Shown here: positions 1-8,995 of the stretch, piece by piece
How positions within the stretch are numbered: position 1 is the stretch's first letter
How the letters are laid out: every line of letters begins with the position of its first letter
Source: Andalucia godoyi And28
Taxonomy: Eukaryota; Protista; Jakobida
Assembly: GCA_009859145.1 (NCBI GenBank)
Contig: VRVR01000046.1
Location: forward strand, 62,001-126,000
Direction of reading: 5' to 3'
DNA: 64,000 nt
Notes under the pieces: model-generated
What the model was told of the DNA's origin: nothing
What the model saw: the letters and a program-made list of their open reading frames with translations, nothing else
The model's database searches: none
Made by a program: the position numbers and the translations under genes

Positions 1-2963
1 TGTTTGCGTCGCTTTCGACATCCGATCAGCAGTCTCTCGTTGATTGGATAGACTGCACGTGGTCTCCGTATGAAGAGCAGTTCAAAAAGCAGCAAGGGTT
101 TTGCTGGAGACGGGCACTTCCTGCTGCGTCGACACAGTGGGGGAACCGAGGCTCGCGGACCATGTTTGCGTGCTCCGCAGATGCGTTCGTCGTCGTGTTC
201 CACTCGCTGGTCATCAGAGTGACTCCAGACATCCCAGAGACAATCATATTGCAAGAACGGATGATTGAAGAGTCGTTGCATCAGCTTGTTTTCGACATCC
301 AATCCGGACCGTCGACCACAACGAGCTTGGAGCAGAACGTCAAGTCTCTCAGCGCCTGGCTGGAGCTGATCATCACGCAAATTCTGGAAGATTATGAACA
401 GTACAGATTCACTACTGGCTATCCAAGAGACGATATCCCAATGAGACACCGACGGTTCGTTTTGTGCCAAAGGAACATGTCTCCACAGCGACGGTCCCCG
501 CCGCCTCCACCGCCATTGCCTCCGCTGGAATACTGGATGCAAAAAGGACATCGAATTTCATTGGTTCGTCCGTCCCCGAAATACGAATCTGATGAATTCG
601 AGTCTTGCAGTAGCGATAGCGACGACGAGATCGACAAGAATGTGGTGTACGACAAAGAAGACCGCGGAACAATGCATGACGATCATGTAGAAATCGAGCC
701 TCCCAGACCAAAAGCTCGCATCCATCCATCCAAACTCGGCAAGGCCGTGAGCAGGAAAAAGACTGTCGCGCCACCGCGCAGGGATAGCCGTTCTGGGAGT
801 ACGAAAAGAGATCAGAAGGAGATGACCATCGAGCGACCCACTTCACTTGTGAGCGTTAGTCTTAGTCCGACGGTCGGTGGCACTCTTCCCCATGCATTCT
901 TAACATCAAGTTCTGCACAGCCTTCTGCAGGTCGAGCATCTGACCTCGGGTTGCTTCTCGATGATGTTGTACCGGGTGGCGGAGGACCGCCGTCGCGGGG
1001 TCCACCACCTCTGGAATCCACCATTCCTCTCCAACTTTCTCTGCAGTCCTCCGGACCTCCGATGCCTCTGACCTCTACATCCTCTTCTTTTGCCCCACCT
1101 CCTTCTTCACAGTCCTGTCCTTCACCCCAACCACCGCCACCGCCGCCGCCGGCATGCGCTGCTCCACAACTAAATCGATCCATGCCCATGCATCCGCCGC
1201 CGCCGCCGCCGCCGCCATTGCAGGTGGTGCCAGCACAACTACAGCAACAGCAGCAGGACCAAGCTCCCCGTCCTGTGGAATGTGTCGAAATCGAATATGA
1301 CCCAAGAATGGAAGATGCATGGCAGCCATGTGACGAAGATCTGTGCGTCGACGAATATGGTGATGAACCGGAAGAATGGACATCAGATGGCATCCAGATG
1401 CCAGAGGAGACAGAGGAGACAGAGGAGCCGAAACAACAAGTGAGACTGGACGAGAAAAAAATCGAAGAACCACGAATCGATGAATTGCAGGATGGGAAGA
1501 AGAAGAAGCCTTCGAAACCACAGGAGGGCCCGTCATGTTGCACGATATGGATGGCAAGTGCTAGGAACACTGTCCGAAAATATGCATCCTTTCATTGGCA
1601 CCCTACTTTCATGCGGATGACGCTACTTGCTCCAAAGACAGTGCTCTATTCTCTTGCGTTTCTTCCCCTTGCCGCCGCACTTGGAGTACTCGTTGTGCCG
1701 ACGCTTGCTATTCTCATTGGCTGCTTCCCCAGCGGTCGATCGGGGATGTTTCAACATGAATCTAAACACGACGTCACAAGTTCGGTGTGGGGCTCGCTCT
1801 GTCTGGTGGGCATAGCCCTCGCCTGGATCTGCAACATCAACGATCTGTTGGCATCGGTTCTTGCCCCTCTTGCCATCATCTACATTTTCGGGTCTCTGAG
1901 CTTGCGCCAAGAATCGTCGATGTTTTTGAACGCTCCGTCCGAGTACCGGCAGCCGAGAGTTCGCTATGAGTTCATTTCAAATTACATTGCGTATTTTTCA
2001 CTGGCTCTCGAGTACGTTCAGCTGCTGTCGCTTGCTGTGTTGACCGTTTCCGTGGATTCAAACTTTGTTGACGCCAGTTTATCTGCCGCTGTGAACGTCA
2101 TTGTGAAGCCGCTGGGTGCATCGGTTCTTGTGCAGTTTATCATTGCAGTCATATTGGCCGGCATCCTCCTCGGGTTCTTGACTGTTGCAGTCATGCTGAC
2201 TTCGCAGCCCGAGGAACGCGTCAGCCGTGTGTCTGAGCAAAAAGAAAAAGAAGGCAACTTGTCGTGGCTGAAACTGATTGTCGGCACGATCTCGGATACA
2301 GCATTCATGTCTGTCATCTCTTCTCTTTCTGCTGCCATTCAGCTCTTTCACTCGGAGATTCCAGCGGACAGCGAATGGTCCAACTCGGAGGCGTTCTACT
2401 GGCTCCGATGCGTGGTGCAAGTCGTCTTGTTTGCATTTGTGTGTGCTTCGCTTCTTGTTGTGCTTCCCATTCAGGCCGTTTTTCCAGACATTTGGCTTCC
2501 CAAGGGAGTGGATGTTCGCCCCGCGCCGCTCTTTGCCTTGTCTGAAAAGTTCCTGAAGCTGATTCTCATTACCTCCATCTCTTTGGGCCCGTCAAGCTCA
2601 TCCGTTCCATACTTTCGAACTGGAGTCGCCGCGTTTGTGTTTGCGGGTCTCGTAGGCCTGATTGCATTTTTCAAAAATCCGATGAGTACTCCATTTGCCC
2701 GCAATGCCCGCATGACATCCTTCGTATCTGCTGGCGGCACTCTCGCCCTCATGTACGCTCCAGCCCCACTTCCAGCTGTCCTTTTCTGGCTCGTAGCCTG
2801 CAGCCTTGGATTCGGAGTCGCTGAAGCTGGACGCCGCTTTGCATGGAACAGGACACAGCGGGTTCATCAAAAGAAAAAGGTCCAGCAAGTCTCGGCCTTG
2901 TACCAGAAGTTCCGATCAGCTGAAAACCGTTTCGACTTATTGCGAAATGATGAAGCAGTCTAA
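1..2963 (+). CDS. 5'-partial hypothetical protein: Pro-rich middle region and a multi-pass membrane C-terminal half
   Basis: The frame of ORF 162..2963 is open from position 3 (FASLSTSDQQ...), so the gene starts upstream of the window. Poly-Pro tracts, then ~10 hydrophobic segments after ~aa 480. Family not recognised. Confidence 0.75.
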   Translation, partial: FASLSTSDQQSLVDWIDCTWSPYEEQFKKQQGFCWRRALPAASTQWGNRGSRTMFACSADAFVVVFHSLVIRVTPDIPETIILQERMIEESLHQLVFDIQSGPSTTTSLEQNVKSLSAWLELIITQILEDYEQYRFTTGYPRDDIPMRHRRFVLCQRNMSPQRRSPPPPPPLPPLEYWMQKGHRISLVRPSPKYESDEFESCSSDSDDEIDKNVVYDKEDRGTMHDDHVEIEPPRPKARIHPSKLGKAVSRKKTVAPPRRDSRSGSTKRDQKEMTIERPTSLVSVSLSPTVGGTLPHAFLTSSSAQPSAGRASDLGLLLDDVVPGGGGPPSRGPPPLESTIPLQLSLQSSGPPMPLTSTSSSFAPPPSSQSCPSPQPPPPPPPACAAPQLNRSMPMHPPPPPPPPLQVVPAQLQQQQQDQAPRPVECVEIEYDPRMEDAWQPCDEDLCVDEYGDEPEEWTSDGIQMPEETEETEEPKQQVRLDEKKIEEPRIDELQDGKKKKPSKPQEGPSCCTIWMASARNTVRKYASFHWHPTFMRMTLLAPKTVLYSLAFLPLAAALGVLVVPTLAILIGCFPSGRSGMFQHESKHDVTSSVWGSLCLVGIALAWICNINDLLASVLAPLAIIYIFGSLSLRQESSMFLNAPSEYRQPRVRYEFISNYIAYFSLALEYVQLLSLAVLTVSVDSNFVDASLSAAVNVIVKPLGASVLVQFIIAVILAGILLGFLTVAVMLTSQPEERVSRVSEQKEKEGNLSWLKLIVGTISDTAFMSVISSLSAAIQLFHSEIPADSEWSNSEAFYWLRCVVQVVLFAFVCASLLVVLPIQAVFPDIWLPKGVDVRPAPLFALSEKFLKLILITSISLGPSSSSVPYFRTGVAAFVFAGLVGLIAFFKNPMSTPFARNARMTSFVSAGGTLALMYAPAPLPAVLFWLVACSLGFGVAEAGRRFAWNRTQRVHQKKKVQQVSALYQKFRSAENRFDLLRNDEAV

Positions 2964-3147
2964 AGCGTACGCAAACAAAAGCACTGCCATGCGCCATGCG
3001 CATGCGCATGTGTTTGTTATCTTGACAGCTCCGTCGCACGATGCCCGATTCGTTTCGCCTCATTTCGATCATGAAATCCCTATAAACACGCCGCCGCATT
3101 GCATTCTCGCACAGCGACGCTCATTTCTTATTTTATTGTTATTGCCC

Positions 3148-3575
3148 ATGCAACGCACCATGTACGTCACGCCCGCAACGCTGCGCAAGACCTGTGACAT
3201 CTCCACCGCCGCCAGGAACGATCCGCAGCATCCACGCCGGCTCCCATCGCATGTACTGCCTCGCAGACGTCGAACGCGCCATCACCACCTGTTTCGTTGC
3301 CCGCGACGTGCATGACGATGCACTCCGCAGAGCAGCTGCCGACAAACTGTCTTCGACGATCGCCAAGGTGTTTTGTTGCTCAGCGTGCAAATGCACGATC
3401 GACCGCGATTGGAACGGCGCGCGCAGCATCTACATCTATCTTGGGAACGTCTCTCATGCCGAGGGGCGTGTTGTGGCCTACCCCCTTCCCAATCATGCTG
3501 TGCATGTTGTTGGGTTGCAGCATTGATTATGGGTGATCAGCGATGATTATCCGTGGTTAGTGCACAATGTAGGAG
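3148..3575 (+). mobile_element. Copy C: internally deleted IS607-like element (TnpA N-terminal HTH relic fused to Fanzor2/TnpB C-terminus, plus right end)
   Basis: MYVTPATLRKTCDIST (ATG 3160), then after a frameshift GTIRSIHAGSHRMYCLADVERAI, resembles the MerR-like HTH of IS607 serine recombinases. KVFCCSACKCTIDRDWNGARSIY (~3364-3435) is the Zn-ribbon/RuvC-III motif of TnpB/Fanzor. The 3' end is homologous to copies A, B and D. Left end not defined. Confidence 0.8.
3466..3575 (+). ncRNA. candidate omegaRNA scaffold (copy C)
   Basis: Hairpin 3488-3514 (CCCAA/TTGGG, CATGC/GCATG). Long hairpin 3521-3562 with a GCGA tetraloop at 3540-3543. CCTAC (3477-81) can pair with GTAGG (3569-73). Expression not shown. 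Confidence 0.65.
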
Positions 3576-3794
3576 CTGCAGTATTCGAATCCAGATGTCC
3601 GCGTTGTCCTGTCTGCTTGCGACGCGGAATGAAACTGTAAATAAAAATCGAAAACCGTTTGATTTTGCTGGAAGGGGAATTCTTCAGTGCCTTTGATGTC
3701 AAGCCTGTGCAAAACCAGTCTGCACCAAAAGGAAAAGAAGCCACGCTGATTGCTGTCTCTTGCGATCACCGAGATTTTGAGGGCTGCGGCGAGT

Positions 3795-4664
3795 ATGCAC
3801 CGACTGTATTATGGATGTGCAAGGCTGCAATCGGATTTGAAGCAGCGTGTGATCACACTTTGCCAAGCCGAGTCGAGACATGGATTTGGTGTGTTGAGAC
3901 TGAAGCCAGACGACACGATCGAGGTTTTTGATGGCCGAGGGGCGTCTGCAACGGGTCGAATCGTAAGTATTCTCGATCCAAGGCATCCGTTCTTTGGCAA
4001 GGAGCAAGGAACGAAACAAGGACGAGATGCTATGTCCGTGGAACTAATGTCGGATGTCACCATCGACAAGAAGCCGGTGTTCAGCATCCGAGCGCTTACT
4101 GCCCTTCCGCGATTTCAGAGTCGTGCAGACTGGATGCTTGAAAAGCTGGTTGAAGTAGGCGTCGATTTCATCTCCCCTGTGCTCCGATCCGACCACGCCG
4201 GTTCGAGAAGGTACGAGTCACATGATCACGGTGACTCGGATGCAGTAGAAGGGTGGAGCGAAAAGAAGAGCCATCGTGTGTTGCAGCTTTTTGTGGCAGC
4301 CTGCAAGCAGGCAGAGAGAAACACGATTCCTGAAGTTCGTCCCGCTCCCTCGTTCTCGGAAGCTGTCGAAGACTCGGCAACCCGCGGTCCCGTGCTGTGC
4401 TGCCACGTCGCCGATCAAGCCCCAGCACTATGGACGCGCCTCGCAAGCCCGTCTTTTTCGAAAGACGCATTCCGTACAGAGCGTTGGGATTCTGTGTCGG
4501 TGCTCGTTGGCCCAGAAGGAGGATTTTCGGCACGTGAGGTTGACGTTTTCTCCAGGATCCCCAACGTGAAGTTCGTGAGTTTAGGGTCCACCAAGCTCCG
4601 CACTGAGACAGCAGCTGTCCTTGTCTCCGGCATCTTATCGCAATGGCGTGGCTCCTTCTCCTGA
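3795..4664 (+). CDS. rsmE: 16S rRNA m3U1498 methyltransferase (RsmE, SPOUT family)
   Basis: Motifs HGFGVLRLKPDDTIEVFDGRG, DWMLEKLVEVGV, LVGPEGGFS and VSLGSTKLRTETAA. First in-frame ATG is 3795 (the track start at 3750 is TTG). Confidence 0.9.
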   Translation: MHRLYYGCARLQSDLKQRVITLCQAESRHGFGVLRLKPDDTIEVFDGRGASATGRIVSILDPRHPFFGKEQGTKQGRDAMSVELMSDVTIDKKPVFSIRALTALPRFQSRADWMLEKLVEVGVDFISPVLRSDHAGSRRYESHDHGDSDAVEGWSEKKSHRVLQLFVAACKQAERNTIPEVRPAPSFSEAVEDSATRGPVLCCHVADQAPALWTRLASPSFSKDAFRTERWDSVSVLVGPEGGFSAREVDVFSRIPNVKFVSLGSTKLRTETAAVLVSGILSQWRGSFS

Positions 4665-4760
4665 GTTCCAAACATTGGGGGGAACGGCGCTTAGGATTCT
4701 CAATGCCAAATGAGAACACACATATAATTCTAGGCTTTTACATACACATACATTACAATT

Positions 4761-7700
4761 TCAATTCATTCCAGTCCATCCCTTCGCTCGTTGGCTCTCT
4801 CTCGGTTGGGAGATGGAAACTGCATACATCCGTGCTGCTGCTGCAGTCAAGCAAGGCAGGCGCGACACCTGTCTCGCAGTCATGGGTGCATCCAGCATGT
4901 CCAATGCCTTGTCATTCTCCGCCACGACTCGTTCGTACTGTTTCAGTAATACCGCGGTCCAAGAATCAAGATCTTTGTCGGTCACGTCCCACCCGTTTCC
5001 GACGATCAAAACAGAGCGAGTGTCGGAGTCATGACCTTCCGAACGATCCGCAGATCGAGTCGTTGCTTTGGACCTGCTGGAGGCACGTGATTTTGAGGAA
5101 GGAGGTACAAGCGGTTGCTCTTCAGGTGTCCTTGAAGCACTCGTTGATGCAGCCGTCATGTTGCTTTGCAGGGAGGCGTGCCAGTGACCGAAATGCGAGC
5201 CAAACTTACCCTTGATGGAGGAAACATAAGCGAAGTGCACTGCAAGCTGGATACGCATGGATTCAGGAGACAACGGAAACAAGGCTACAGAGGAACATCC
5301 CATGAGCATTGCAATCTCCAAAGCAGGGGAACTGTCTTGCACTCCAGAGTGCAAGGACAATGACGAAAGCTGATTGACAAGACTGGTCTCCGAAGAACTC
5401 GGGAACAGGCTAGACGGTACCAACGGTCCTGTTCCGTGGCCGCAGAACAACCATGCTCGAGGATTCGACGATGGAGTCGGAGTTGGAGTTTGAGACGGTG
5501 ACGGTGACGGTGACGGTGACGATGATGGATCGGACTGCGGAACTGGATCACTACCCGCTTCGGAGTCCTTGCGCTTCGATCCAACCATGAGTGTGATCCA
5601 CGACGGGCACGAACATTCTGCAAGGACCGTTTTGATTCGTGCTTCCGTATTCTGCAAGTCGCCACCTGGATTCAACACCACTGCACCCCAGTCCCCCGAG
5701 TCGACAGAACCGGTGGAAGCGCTCGACATCACGTTGGCATTGGCGTGGGCGCCAGAGGCAGACAAGAGGACGGGTCCAGTACGATGAGCATTTGGCAGTC
5801 GGATGATGCGAACGGACGACGGAAATATCGATTCCCACGGAACGCACTCCAGCACAGGATCAACGCTCAAACACAGCGTCGGAACGGAAGCGATGTCTTC
5901 CGTCTTGGATTTGCTGCCCCTGGCTTTGCTGCCGCTACGCATTCCTTCCTTCGTCGCCGAGTCCACCAAATCCAGAGGAACTCCAAAATCCGCAGAACAA
6001 GCTTCTATCCATTCCTGCAAGCATTGCTCGTTCCTCAGACGTGCCTCCCACCACTGTTGCCGATTGGAAACAAGGGCCCGAGCATTGGAAATGGCATCGG
6101 AGACAATTTCGGACAGCTTCAATAGAACCTGCGACAGCAGTGCGAAGGAAAGTGGCACGCGACGTTCTTCCGTAACAGATCCGTCGTTCTCTGGCTTAGA
6201 ATGCTTTTGCAGCAGATGCATCCGATACAGCAGACCCTCGAACTTTGGTGCAACATCCGAGTCATCGTATTCGTCGGCGCCCAAAAACAGAGACGATTCC
6301 AGATGATGCTTGACGACGTGCCGAATCTCCATGACTGGATAACTGCACAGTGCGAAATTGAGTACTTCCTTTGGGATCCGAGGCATATCGCATGACGATG
6401 CCCCAGTTCCTTCGTCGACGGATAGGTCGCTAGCTCGTTCTACTTTTTCTTCTTCTGCGGTTGCCTCCTCTTCCTCGTCAATGTCGACTGCAAGTGCACG
6501 GGAGAGTCTTGTTCGACTGGAACCTTTAGTCTTCATTCTTGTCTTGGCCTTGGCCTTGCTCTTTCGCTTCCAAGAACGCCTCGCCCGCTCCGTTCCCTGC
6601 TGCAATGCTGCTTCGATTTCGATTACCTCCTGCGACGAAGACGCTCCCTTCAATGCTTGCATCTTCCTCCATACTTTCCTTGCTTCACTCGCATCTCGCT
6701 GGAGTGCGCGAAACTTGCAAATCACAGCGGATTCCATGGACCGTTGTGGAGAAAATGACTCCAAAGCCTGGATCACAAGGGAGGAAGCGTGTTCAATGAG
6801 ATCCAGATCATCGCAACACGTCAGGAACGCATACAAGCCGCAGATGAAAGGAGCAAAAACAGAAGTGAATTCGACATACGGCAGAGCATCCAGCGCAACC
6901 GTCAGAGTGCTGTGCGAGATGCAGAGCTCCGAGCAAGCGTCACCATTCGCACGATCCATCATTCCCAATGAGTACCTATGCAGCTGTGTCAGGGACTTTG
7001 CGAACACATCCTTGTCAATAATTTTCGGAGTGCTTGGCGCTGGTGATTCGAAGAACGTCTGCGCAAGCACAGTACACCAATAAGCAGATTCCATCTGCTG
7101 ACTGCTGTCGTCGTCATTGCTTGCTGGAACAAGATCTGCCAGCAACGCTGGTACGCACCGTGCGTGCACAAACTGCAGCAGTCTGGGAGCAAAGCGCACT
7201 GCCGCGTTGCTTGCGCCGCCATCCCCCGAGTGCCCAGCCAGTTCTATTTCAAACATGCAAGACCATTCACATAAAGTCCGGTACACAATCCACGGCATTC
7301 GGCTCGACAGCTTTCGCACCAAATCCTGAGCATGTGCTGATTCGCAGACAATGGACTCGCACAGTCGCAAAACACTTGCAAAGTCGTTTTGAGAGTAGCA
7401 CGAAACAGCAGCATTGTACACCAAGCTGGCAGCAGACGAACATGCACTACTTGACGACGATTTTGGCTCACTGGGTGGAGAAGAAACAGCGGAGGAAGAA
7501 GCCAGGAGCAACGGATCTTGGAAACCACATAAGAGGATCACGTCCTGCACAAACGTCGACATGCTCGCAGACTTTGCAACCAGCGAAAGCGCATCCATCG
7601 CAACAGACTCTAACTTGGCCGCTTTTGCCTCGTTCGCGTCCAGCGACTCCGCTGCAGTTGGCGCAGACACGGCCTGTGGATAGAAGCGGTACAATAAAGA

Positions 7701-8021
7701 GTCGGATATCATGATATGTGCCAAAGCTACGAGTGCAAAGCATGACGAATCTGTGCTTCGCGAGACACGAATGGCATCCCATTGCTTCAAAAGTTGTGTT
7801 TTTGTGGATTTTGAAACAAGCTTTAGCTCCGGCACACTCTCGCGCCTGAATTTCAGAGTAAAGTATAACCGGGACTGCGAAACGCGCGGATTTGCAAGAT
7901 GTGAACCGTTACTGGTTAGAAACGATGACACTCGAGAGTGGTACGCTCTGCTGAACTCCAGCGCCGCAGTACCAACAGGATCGCCCTCAAACACAAGTTC
8001 CAAGGAGGAATTTGCACTCAT
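4761..8021 (-). CDS. ESP1: separase (peptidase C50), compact form
   Basis: C-terminal motifs LECVPWES, VLNPGGDLQNT, LFCGHGTG (catalytic His), LMGCSS (catalytic Cys) and GNGWDVTDKDLD. Confidence 0.88.
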   Translation of the reverse strand: MSANSSLELVFEGDPVGTAALEFSRAYHSRVSSFLTSNGSHLANPRVSQSRLYFTLKFRRESVPELKLVSKSTKTQLLKQWDAIRVSRSTDSSCFALVALAHIMISDSLLYRFYPQAVSAPTAAESLDANEAKAAKLESVAMDALSLVAKSASMSTFVQDVILLCGFQDPLLLASSSAVSSPPSEPKSSSSSACSSAASLVYNAAVSCYSQNDFASVLRLCESIVCESAHAQDLVRKLSSRMPWIVYRTLCEWSCMFEIELAGHSGDGGASNAAVRFAPRLLQFVHARCVPALLADLVPASNDDDSSQQMESAYWCTVLAQTFFESPAPSTPKIIDKDVFAKSLTQLHRYSLGMMDRANGDACSELCISHSTLTVALDALPYVEFTSVFAPFICGLYAFLTCCDDLDLIEHASSLVIQALESFSPQRSMESAVICKFRALQRDASEARKVWRKMQALKGASSSQEVIEIEAALQQGTERARRSWKRKSKAKAKTRMKTKGSSRTRLSRALAVDIDEEEEATAEEEKVERASDLSVDEGTGASSCDMPRIPKEVLNFALCSYPVMEIRHVVKHHLESSLFLGADEYDDSDVAPKFEGLLYRMHLLQKHSKPENDGSVTEERRVPLSFALLSQVLLKLSEIVSDAISNARALVSNRQQWWEARLRNEQCLQEWIEACSADFGVPLDLVDSATKEGMRSGSKARGSKSKTEDIASVPTLCLSVDPVLECVPWESIFPSSVRIIRLPNAHRTGPVLLSASGAHANANVMSSASTGSVDSGDWGAVVLNPGGDLQNTEARIKTVLAECSCPSWITLMVGSKRKDSEAGSDPVPQSDPSSSPSPSPSPSQTPTPTPSSNPRAWLFCGHGTGPLVPSSLFPSSSETSLVNQLSSLSLHSGVQDSSPALEIAMLMGCSSVALFPLSPESMRIQLAVHFAYVSSIKGKFGSHFGHWHASLQSNMTAASTSASRTPEEQPLVPPSSKSRASSRSKATTRSADRSEGHDSDTRSVLIVGNGWDVTDKDLDSWTAVLLKQYERVVAENDKALDMLDAPMTARQVSRLPCLTAAAARMYAVSISQPRESQRAKGWTGMN

Positions 8022-8356
8022 CGGCCGAAAAAACAGGTTCGGTTCTTATTATTCTCCTTCTTAAATACAAAATGCAAACAAAGAAGAATACGAAAAACCA
8101 AAAGAATCAAATCACGTATTTAAAAAATCTTATAAGACACTGCTTTGCAACTCGAGTTGTGGAGACACGAACTTTTCCAAAAAGCAATAATAATAGTAAT
8201 TATTATTATCCAAAAACTCCACAGCAGTCGGCCACTGTGTGCGGTCGTGCACATATGTTTCACAGAGATAGATAAGGGGGTAGTCCGCTTAACGGAAAGC
8301 CAGAGCAAGATGACTGTAGAGATCGATAATGCAGCATCAGGCGTCTTCACTGTCAA

Positions 8357-8429
8357 TCGACTATGGTCCAGGTGGTTAAGACGTCGCCCTTTCAAGGCGA
8401 ACACCCGGGTTCGAGTCCCGGTAGTCGAG
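8357..8429 (+). tRNA. tRNA-Glu(UUC)
   Basis: Acceptor stem TCGACTA/TAGTCGA, anticodon arm TCGCC-CTTTCAA-GGCGA, T arm CCGGG-TTCGAGT-CCCGG, followed by a T-run terminator. Confidence 0.95.
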
Positions 8430-8576
8430 GATTTCTTTTTTTTTTTTCTCCTTCTTCCTTCCTCTCGGCATGGTTGGTTGGTGTGCACCCGTTTCAGTGA
8501 GATGGGATTGAGAAAAGGAAAACGCAAAATGGGAAGAAATATCGGACTCTGTGAATTCAGGTTTATGGAAGCACCG

Positions 8577-8956
8577 TTGAATAATAACACGCGATTGTCA
8601 TGCATACGGAAGTTACACGTAAACAGACACGGTCAATACTGGCCGACACTAGCACGTTTTGTTTCACAGGAATTCGTGATACACGGCCTCCTACGTCCCG
8701 CAGACCTCCTAAGAGACCACGTGTCACTACACCTACTGCTAGGGCCGTCAGCATCAAAATGCACCCTTCTCAGGAGCAACGTGTCACGCTGAGAAAGTGG
8801 CTCACCGATTGATCGAGATTGGGAACGGAGCGCGGAGCATCTATCTGAAGAACGCAGAGAGGCGTGTTGGGGCCGATCCCCTTCCCGGCAACGGGATGCA
8901 GGATTGAATATGCATGTCTATTCGTAGATATGCATGTTCAGGGTATAGTGTAGGCG
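8577..8956 (+). mobile_element. Copy A: 380-bp non-autonomous Fanzor2/IS607-derived element
   Basis: Encodes RAVSIKMHPSQEQRVTLRKWL (TnpB/Fanzor N-terminal motif) joined directly to IDRDW/NGARSIYLKN (RuvC-III, with one extra G). Collinear with copy B (35760-36395, minus strand), with the same junction CTCACCG|ATTGATCGAG. Confidence 0.88.
8862..8956 (+). ncRNA. candidate omegaRNA scaffold (copy A)
   Basis: TCCCG-GCAA-CGGGA (GNRA loop 8888-91). 14-bp stem 8907-8920/8925-8938 with a TTCG loop. GCCGAT (8872-77) can pair with GTAGGC (8950-55) with one mismatch. Confidence 0.7.
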
Positions 8957-8995
8957 TGATTCATTTACTATTCCTTTATCCTAAACCGTGCTCTT

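Noticed and set aside
3599-3627. 9-bp hairpin CCGCGTTGT/GCGACGCGG just after copy C
   Set aside because: Single occurrence, not shared by other copies, GC-rich and plausible by chance.
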